IMG/VR virus record: IMGVR_UViG_3300027707_000028
Span: 1-48,710 of that record
Direction: 5' to 3' (one strand)
Length of the DNA stretch: 48,710 nucleotides
DNA from: a virus
Taxonomy: Duplodnaviria; Caudoviricetes
Position 1 is the stretch's first letter. The number at the start of each line of letters is the position of its first letter. The position numbers and the translations under genes are program-made. Under the pieces are notes generated by a model. The model was not told the origin of the DNA and did not search any database. It worked only from the letters and a program-made list of their open reading frames with translations. This document shows, piece after piece, positions 43,442 to 48,710 of the stretch.

Positions 43442-43811
43442 TTTCTAACTCCAATATGGTTTCTATTTTTACACGTATTACTTGATTATTTAATGTGGTA
43501 CGCAGACCTGAATGCAATTGTTTGGGCAAGCAATCTAAATCTGCCCAGCACACAGTCTTTGATGCCAGTGTCAAAAACTCTTGATCGACCACACACACAT
43601 ACGTGCCATACTCAAACCCACGATCTTCACTGAGATATAGTTCAATGGGGACTATACGGCCCTGTGCGTATTGATTTAACAATTCGTTGGCATCTTCTAG
43701 GAGGCTGTTACTGCGCTGAAATGTGGGCACAGTCCATCGCTCTGCATCTAGGATCAGCAGGATGCGACCTGTGGTTTTAGCTAAGAATAATAGTCCGGCA
43801 CGCTGTTGCAT
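43416..43811 (-). CDS. Degenerate NUDIX-fold-like protein (131 aa)
   Basis: AGLLFL...GRILLI...W.VP...FEY.TYVCVV..EF...W...LP..LH.GL follows the NUDIX scaffold but lacks the GX5EX7REUXEE box; start at ATG 43811. Confidence 0.55.
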   Translation of the reverse strand: MQQRAGLLFLAKTTGRILLILDAERWTVPTFQRSNSLLEDANELLNQYAQGRIVPIELYLSEDRGFEYGTYVCVVDQEFLTLASKTVCWADLDCLPKQLHSGLRTTLNNQVIRVKIETILELENVKSIAKV

Positions 43812-43816
43812 GCAGA

Positions 43817-43822
43817 TACTTA
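43817..43822 (-). promoter_or_regulatory. Variant late promoter TAAGTA
   Basis: Minus-strand GATAAGTA-TCTGC-ATG, the same 5-nt spacing as the TAAATA cases. Confidence 0.5.
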
Positions 43823-45385
43823 TCCACCTGCGAGCTTGAAGCTCCATTCTCCTGGCAAGTACTCACCTTCAAATGCCTTGAGCCATTGAGCACCGTCCCA
43901 CTTGTATTTGATACCTGTGCGTATGTTTTGTATGTAAAACGGCGCAAATTCTTCACCTAGTATATCTGCTGCCTCTAAGGTATTTTGATCTGGATCCCAT
44001 ATTGTTGTCCATGTGCTACCAGTCCATTCTACAATAGAGTTGGCTGTGATAACAGGATCTGTGCCGTCTTGATTTTCCCATGATGAATCATTGTTGCTGG
44101 GTTCTCTCCAGGCCTGCGGCCCACGATAAGGCACGCTGGTACTGTCTGCTGGATTAGAAGGTAGATTGATGTATCCGCCGCGGTTCTCACTGTTGTTGAC
44201 ATCGTCTAACATTAAAAATCTCAATCCTAGAGGAATAGCTGCATGTGATCCGTATACCTCTAAAGGATTGTACTTGTAGGGATCAATAATAGCATCTATG
44301 GTGCCACTGGTAGTTACTCCAGCTATATCATCATTGCCTGGATATGTATCTGTATCCAAGGACACTATTAGTATACTAGGTTCTATTGGGTTAATTACAA
44401 ACGTTCCTACTATTTCGAATCCGTTGGCTTTTTTAAACAAAACTTCGCTGCCCGGAACATATCCACCTTGTGTGTTCAATATTATATTCCAATCAATCGG
44501 CTCACCGTTTTTCACTTCCTTTTCGCTGAGACCTAGTGATGTCACTGCCTCTATGGGATTAACTAATGTTAGGTCGTATTGATTATCGTTAGGATTACCT
44601 GTATTTGATTTAAACAACAGAACTCCGTATCTACCATATGGTTGCCCGGATATGTTGGTACTAGAAGCACTGTTATTATAAATTAAATCTTCAAGATTTA
44701 ATACTTCGCCTTGTTCGGTAAACACATTGGCTACAATACTCTGCACTATACCTAACTTTTTAACCTTGGCTGGCGGAGATATGAACACAGGCATCTCAAA
44801 GTCTAGACTGCAGATGTCTATGTCCGATTCTGCTCCTTGTGGTATGGTTCTACTTGAAAAATTAGTGCCGGTTAGATACATGGCGCTGAGACTGGTCCAA
44901 TCAATGTAGTTGTCAGTGGTCTGCAGTTCCAGACTGGGATTAAACAACACCAGTATCTGTTCAAGCAACTGTAGTTTTTGATCTGTGTTAGAAGTCCACA
45001 CATCTGCTTTCATGGTCAATTTAAACGGTGTGGGCATCAATCGTTCTACAGTATAACTGCCGCCTTGCGCACCTGTGTATTCTCTAGTGCCGCCGGCATC
45101 TGTGAACCTACGCTCTCGAATATGTATCTTTGAAACAAATGTAGGATCGCTGAGCCTACTGGTGTCCATTTCAAGTCCTGTGATATAACAGGCGATTCTA
45201 GGCACAGTGGGCATTTTGTTTTCTGAGTTGTCTTTGATGATGCTGGCTACCTGCCTAGTTAGGTCTCCGTACATCACGGGTATCTGTCGCTGTTCGCCAT
45301 CGCCTGCTTGATACTTGAATCCAATGAACACACGCATGAACTGTGTGACATAGCGTCTTAGCTGTCCGTCGTAGTGAAAATCCAT
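43820..45385 (-). CDS. gp15: Tail sheath stabiliser / tail terminator gp15-like protein with C-terminal extension
   Basis: HY...LRRY...F..VF...IPV.YG, VPRI, MPTPF.L...., QKLQLLEQILVLFNP, L.FEM..FISPP match T4 gp15-type motifs; located next to neck genes. Confidence 0.8.
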   Translation of the reverse strand: MDFHYDGQLRRYVTQFMRVFIGFKYQAGDGEQRQIPVMYGDLTRQVASIIKDNSENKMPTVPRIACYITGLEMDTSRLSDPTFVSKIHIRERRFTDAGGTREYTGAQGGSYTVERLMPTPFKLTMKADVWTSNTDQKLQLLEQILVLFNPSLELQTTDNYIDWTSLSAMYLTGTNFSSRTIPQGAESDIDICSLDFEMPVFISPPAKVKKLGIVQSIVANVFTEQGEVLNLEDLIYNNSASSTNISGQPYGRYGVLLFKSNTGNPNDNQYDLTLVNPIEAVTSLGLSEKEVKNGEPIDWNIILNTQGGYVPGSEVLFKKANGFEIVGTFVINPIEPSILIVSLDTDTYPGNDDIAGVTTSGTIDAIIDPYKYNPLEVYGSHAAIPLGLRFLMLDDVNNSENRGGYINLPSNPADSTSVPYRGPQAWREPSNNDSSWENQDGTDPVITANSIVEWTGSTWTTIWDPDQNTLEAADILGEEFAPFYIQNIRTGIKYKWDGAQWLKAFEGEYLPGEWSFKLAGG

Positions 45386-46776
45386 TATAGGTCTGCCTCA
45401 GGTCTTAGAGCCTTGCTGAGACTCTGCTTTTCTTTGACTGTGTGCCCGTCAATGGTACTCACAGTAGGATTGTTGATGAATGTAGATTTTTGTGCCTGTC
45501 GCAGATCCTTGCCTGCAAAAGTTTCACCAGCAGCAACATCACTGGCTCCGAGATTGCTCATGGTCATCCGCACATTGTCCTCAAACTTACGCCATCTCAC
45601 TCCATCAAATCTAAACAGTCTATTGGGTAGATAATCTGTGCGCAGTGCAAACTGCCCATTCACAGGATTGTTTGGAAAGGAAATACCTGCGGTAAATGGA
45701 GCACCGTTAGGAGGTACACCGTCTTTGGTTAGATAACCTTCATAGCCATCTCCGTCTGACGGTAATATCACGCTGCTGGCAGTCTGACCAACGTATACCG
45801 CGTTACCGTCTGTGTCATATAATAAGTTACCTGCTTCGTCGGTGGCCTGTGTAGCTGCATCTACTGTGACGGATCCTGCATCTACAGTGGCTAATTCTGT
45901 GGTGCCATCTGCTGCTCTCTGTAGTGTATAATACTTGCTGGTGTCGTAGCCGCTGCGTGGTGCATCTGCTTCAGCTTGATCTAACACCGCAGCAGTAATC
46001 TGCATTTCTTTTTCGTAGGTGCTAACAACATCTCTCAATGTGTCGGCTAGTGCATAGTAGGTATTGTTAGGAGGAGCAATGCCTGTGACTTCTTGTATGA
46101 CCTGATATTTTTTACCGTTAGCTGCTAGTACCACATCACCTGGATAGTATGTGATGCCTGCGTTATATGTTCCTTGATAGGAATCACTGTCGGCAATGCC
46201 ATCTAAAATCTGTTTGAATTCTTGACTGTCTACCAATGGTTTGCACTTGGCACGATATAAGTGCGGGTACCATGTGGCTGAAAATCCTTCGGCTGCTCTG
46301 CTGACTTCTTCTATGACAAAGAAACGTTTTAGGGCAAAGGTTAAATCATTCAAAGCATATTCATCTTTGAGATGAGGTAATTCTATTACGTCGCCAGCTA
46401 TGATTTTACGACCTAATTTTTCCACAGTATCAGTGATATGAAACGTGATAAAAATTGTATCATTTTGTAGAAATAGTCCAAACTGGCTGAGATTAAAATC
46501 GATATCAGATATATTGTAGACACCGCGCATGACATAAACATCGGGATCGTACTTGCGATCTCTGTTTTCTAAAAACAACAGATCCTGTATGTTTGCCACA
46601 TTATCAGTGGCATATGTAGGTGTGCTAGGAGTGTCGCCTTGTATTGCGGCTCCTGTTCCTATATATCTGTGAACCAGTACATCCGTGCCTCCAACCTGGA
46701 ACATTTCCCAAGCGGATCTATCTATAAAGCGGAAATCGTTGCCCTTTTCGGGACGGTATAAACTGAGTCTTGGCAT
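45385..46776 (-). CDS. gp14: Neck protein gp14-like, extended (463 aa)
   Basis: DLLFLENRDRKY..., LSQFGL...D...ITF, GDVIELP, FVIEEV resemble gp14; lies between gp13 and gp15 homologs; start MPRL at 46776. Confidence 0.65.
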   Translation of the reverse strand: MPRLSLYRPEKGNDFRFIDRSAWEMFQVGGTDVLVHRYIGTGAAIQGDTPSTPTYATDNVANIQDLLFLENRDRKYDPDVYVMRGVYNISDIDFNLSQFGLFLQNDTIFITFHITDTVEKLGRKIIAGDVIELPHLKDEYALNDLTFALKRFFVIEEVSRAAEGFSATWYPHLYRAKCKPLVDSQEFKQILDGIADSDSYQGTYNAGITYYPGDVVLAANGKKYQVIQEVTGIAPPNNTYYALADTLRDVVSTYEKEMQITAAVLDQAEADAPRSGYDTSKYYTLQRAADGTTELATVDAGSVTVDAATQATDEAGNLLYDTDGNAVYVGQTASSVILPSDGDGYEGYLTKDGVPPNGAPFTAGISFPNNPVNGQFALRTDYLPNRLFRFDGVRWRKFEDNVRMTMSNLGASDVAAGETFAGKDLRQAQKSTFINNPTVSTIDGHTVKEKQSLSKALRPEADL

Positions 46777-46783
46777 AGTCATA

Positions 46784-46805
46784 TATTTACCGCTACCGAT
46801 AAATA
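46784..46805. promoter_or_regulatory. Back-to-back divergent late promoters
   Basis: TATTTACCG-CTAC-CGATAAATA: TAAATA on minus (46784-89) and plus (46800-05) strands forming an 8/9 inverted repeat. Confidence 0.75.
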
Positions 46806-46810
46806 CTCGT

Positions 46811-47566
46811 ATGAGCACATCAGACCAAGCCAAAAACTCTGTTTACAACTACTGCAAAACCATGCTAGGCGATGGTATGGTAGATGTAGAATTAGATCCC
46901 ATACACTACGACACAGCACTTAATCGTGCCTTAGCAGTTTTTCGTCAGCGTAGCGATAACGCTGTAGAGGAAAGCTATGCGTTTTTAACTCTAACTGAGA
47001 GCACTAACGAGTATATACTACCTAAAGAAATACAACAGGTACGACAGATATTCCGTAGATCAGTGGGATCAAGAACCGGTAACGGCACCGGTGGTACGGT
47101 ATTTGAACCATTCAATTTGGCCTATGCCAACACCTATTTGTTAAGCTCAACCAATATGGGAGGCTTGCTAACCTATGAACTGTTTAGTCAATATCAGGAA
47201 TTAGTAGGCAAGATGTTTGGTAGCTACATTAATTTTACCTGGCATCCACAAAGTCATAAAATTATCATACATCAACGTCCACGGGGTGAGGAATCAGTAA
47301 TGCTACAAGTATACAATTCCAAGCCAGATTTTGCCATCGTAGATGATGTGTATTCGGGTCAATGGATCAAGGACTATGCTTTGGCCAACTGTAAAATGAT
47401 GTTGGGTCAGGCCCGAAGCAAGTTTGGGCAAATTGCAGGCCCACAAGGCGGCACACAACTCAACGGCACAGCACTGATCACTGAAGCTCAAACCGAAATG
47501 GAAAAACTAATGGAAGATCTTAAAACTGGAATTACCACACAGGGATGGGGTTGGATTACTGGTTGA
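46811..47566 (+). CDS. gp13: Neck protein gp13-like (251 aa)
   Basis: YCKTMLG..MVDVEL...; WIKDYALA.CK..LG..RSKF..I.GPQGG.QLNG..L..EA..E.EKL; start at ATG 46811. Confidence 0.85.
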   Translation: MSTSDQAKNSVYNYCKTMLGDGMVDVELDPIHYDTALNRALAVFRQRSDNAVEESYAFLTLTESTNEYILPKEIQQVRQIFRRSVGSRTGNGTGGTVFEPFNLAYANTYLLSSTNMGGLLTYELFSQYQELVGKMFGSYINFTWHPQSHKIIIHQRPRGEESVMLQVYNSKPDFAIVDDVYSGQWIKDYALANCKMMLGQARSKFGQIAGPQGGTQLNGTALITEAQTEMEKLMEDLKTGITTQGWGWITG

Positions 47567-47591
47567 CCTTATAACTAATCTATATTATAAT
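47563..47591 (+). promoter_or_regulatory. Sigma70-type early promoter
   Basis: TTGACC (47563-68), 17-nt spacer, TATAAT (47586-91); AGGGG RBS before ATG 47612. Confidence 0.8.
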
Positions 47592-47611
47592 TGTTCTAAA
47601 GGGGACAAGTT

Positions 47612-48268
47612 ATGATCATAGGTGTATGCGGTTTTATAGGCTCAGGCAAAGATACTGTGGCCGACTATCTAGTTAATTTTCACGAATTTCGCAGAGAAAG
47701 TTTTGCTTCAACACTCAAAGATGCTGTGGCAGCAGTGTTTGGCTGGGATCGAACCATGCTGGAAGGACGCACAGCACAGGCCCGAGAATGGCGAGAACAG
47801 GTAGATCCTTGGTGGGCAGAAAGACTAGATATGCCCACACTAACTCCTAGATGGGTGCTACAATACTGGGGCACAGAAGTATGTCGTAGATCGTTCCATG
47901 ATGATATATGGATTGCTTCATTAGAAAACAAACTACGTACCAGCAAAGATCACATAGTTATTTCGGACTGTAGATTCCCCAACGAAATTAAATCAATTAA
48001 AGATGCCGGCGGACAGATTGTTTGGGTGCAGCGTGGCGAGTTGCCCGACTGGTATGCAGATGCTGTGAGTGCTAATCAAGGCAACAACGTAGGTCTTAAT
48101 GCTATGAAGATGCGCAAAATACATGCATCGGAATGGGCATGGTTGGGCAGTGATTTTGACAGCACCATCAACAACAATGGCTCTATCGATGAGCTGTATG
48201 CGCAGAGCGCAAATCTAGTAGTCAGCCACAAGGTCGCCTTGTCGCCACGTGATCCCTTCTTTGCCTAA
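47612..48268 (+). CDS. gp1: Deoxynucleoside monophosphate kinase
   Basis: IIGVCGFIGSGKDT (P-loop), SFA..LKD, TPRWVLQYWGTE, ISDCRFPNE, HASE. Confidence 0.92.
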   Translation: MIIGVCGFIGSGKDTVADYLVNFHEFRRESFASTLKDAVAAVFGWDRTMLEGRTAQAREWREQVDPWWAERLDMPTLTPRWVLQYWGTEVCRRSFHDDIWIASLENKLRTSKDHIVISDCRFPNEIKSIKDAGGQIVWVQRGELPDWYADAVSANQGNNVGLNAMKMRKIHASEWAWLGSDFDSTINNNGSIDELYAQSANLVVSHKVALSPRDPFFA

Positions 48269-48553
48269 TATAGCAGCACAGTTCAAACACACAGTTTTAA
48301 GATTAGCGGGCCTGCAGTTGTTGAGATTTTCATCTACATGAAACACTCGAAATACTTCTGCGTGTTGAGATCGACATCCACATTTTTCACACACGGCCTT
48401 GGGCTTGTATCCTGCACGTTGCCAACGAGGAACATGCGCACCTGCACCGTGTGACAGACAAATCTCACACAGTGTTCTATAATAGGTTCGAGTGTCTTTG
48501 TAATAATTAATGGCTCTAGGGCGCTGTGCGCAGGCCTTGCAGAGTGGTCGCAT
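48215..48553 (-). CDS. Zn-finger / HNH-like protein (112 aa)
   Basis: Four CxxC pairs (CKAC, CEIC, CEKC, CLNC) and VFHVD.NLNN...NL HNH-like segment. Confidence 0.7.
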   Translation of the reverse strand: MRPLCKACAQRPRAINYYKDTRTYYRTLCEICLSHGAGAHVPRWQRAGYKPKAVCEKCGCRSQHAEVFRVFHVDENLNNCRPANLKTVCLNCAAILGKEGITWRQGDLVADY

Positions 48554-48557
48554 TAGG

Positions 48558-48563
48558 TATTTA
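48558..48563 (-). promoter_or_regulatory. Late promoter core TAAATA (leaderless context)
   Basis: Minus-strand GGTAAATA-CCTA-ATG. Confidence 0.65.
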
Positions 48564-48618
48564 CCCTTTTAGACCCCTTTTGTTATGTGCCTAACTCGCT
48601 GTTTTTAGGATAGTATGC

Positions 48619-48624
48619 TAAATA
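48619..48624 (+). promoter_or_regulatory. Late promoter core TAAATA for tail sheath gene
   Basis: GCTAAATATT, followed by AGGAG RBS and ATG 48658. Confidence 0.72.
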
Positions 48625-48657
48625 TTATGAGCAACTATTACCAGGAGAATAGGCGAT

Positions 48658-48710
48658 ATGGCACTAACATCACCAGGCGTACAAGTTACGGTAATCGACG
48701 AGAGTTTTTA
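48658..48710 (+). CDS. gp18: Tail sheath protein, N-terminus (3' truncated)
   Basis: Translates MALTSPGVQVTVIDESF, the classic SPGV.V...D N-terminus of myovirus sheath proteins; too short for the ORF track. Confidence 0.85.
   Translation, partial: MALTSPGVQVTVIDESF

Noticed and set aside
46685-46833. Long N-terminal extensions of gp13 and gp14 given in the ORF track
   Set aside because: They would overlap head-to-head; the divergent promoter pair and motif boundaries favour ATG 46811 and ATG 46776.
1-48710. tRNA/rRNA genes, CRISPR array, integrase/transposase, introns/inteins, stop-codon recoding
   Set aside because: None seen; coding density is near complete under the standard code and conserved genes are uninterrupted.

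Overview
This window is part of a large T4-like (Tevenvirinae/Kyanoviridae-related) myovirus genome, specifically its virion-morphogenesis region. It runs from the 3' end of the major capsid gene (gp23) to the 5' end of the tail sheath gene (gp18). Between them lie ~22 kb of fibre/baseplate-type virion genes (including paralogous 1867 and 2611 aa giants), a tandem pair of Cys-rich proteins with a tail-assembly chaperone, and a ~9.4 kb late-promoter enzyme cassette (GT9-like glycosyltransferase, carbamoyltransferase, six 2OG-Fe(II)-oxygenase-like genes, a cupin, and ADP-heptose enzymes RfaE2/RfaE1/RfaD). Further fibre genes (697, 165, 2280 aa), gp15/gp14 inverted relative to gp13, and a dNMP kinase follow. 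The most striking observation is six copies of a C-x-R-D...G-G helical unit in the giant virion proteins that aligns in register with the bilin-attachment helix of phycobiliproteins, suggesting chromophore-binding globin-like domains on a virion. Also notable are an amicyanin-like copper motif on a fibre protein, a probable virion glycosylation/modification cassette, apparently leaderless late mRNAs (TAAATA 4-7 nt before ATG), and structured 5' leader RNAs. All assignments come from reading motifs by eye; no database search was run and the host is unknown.
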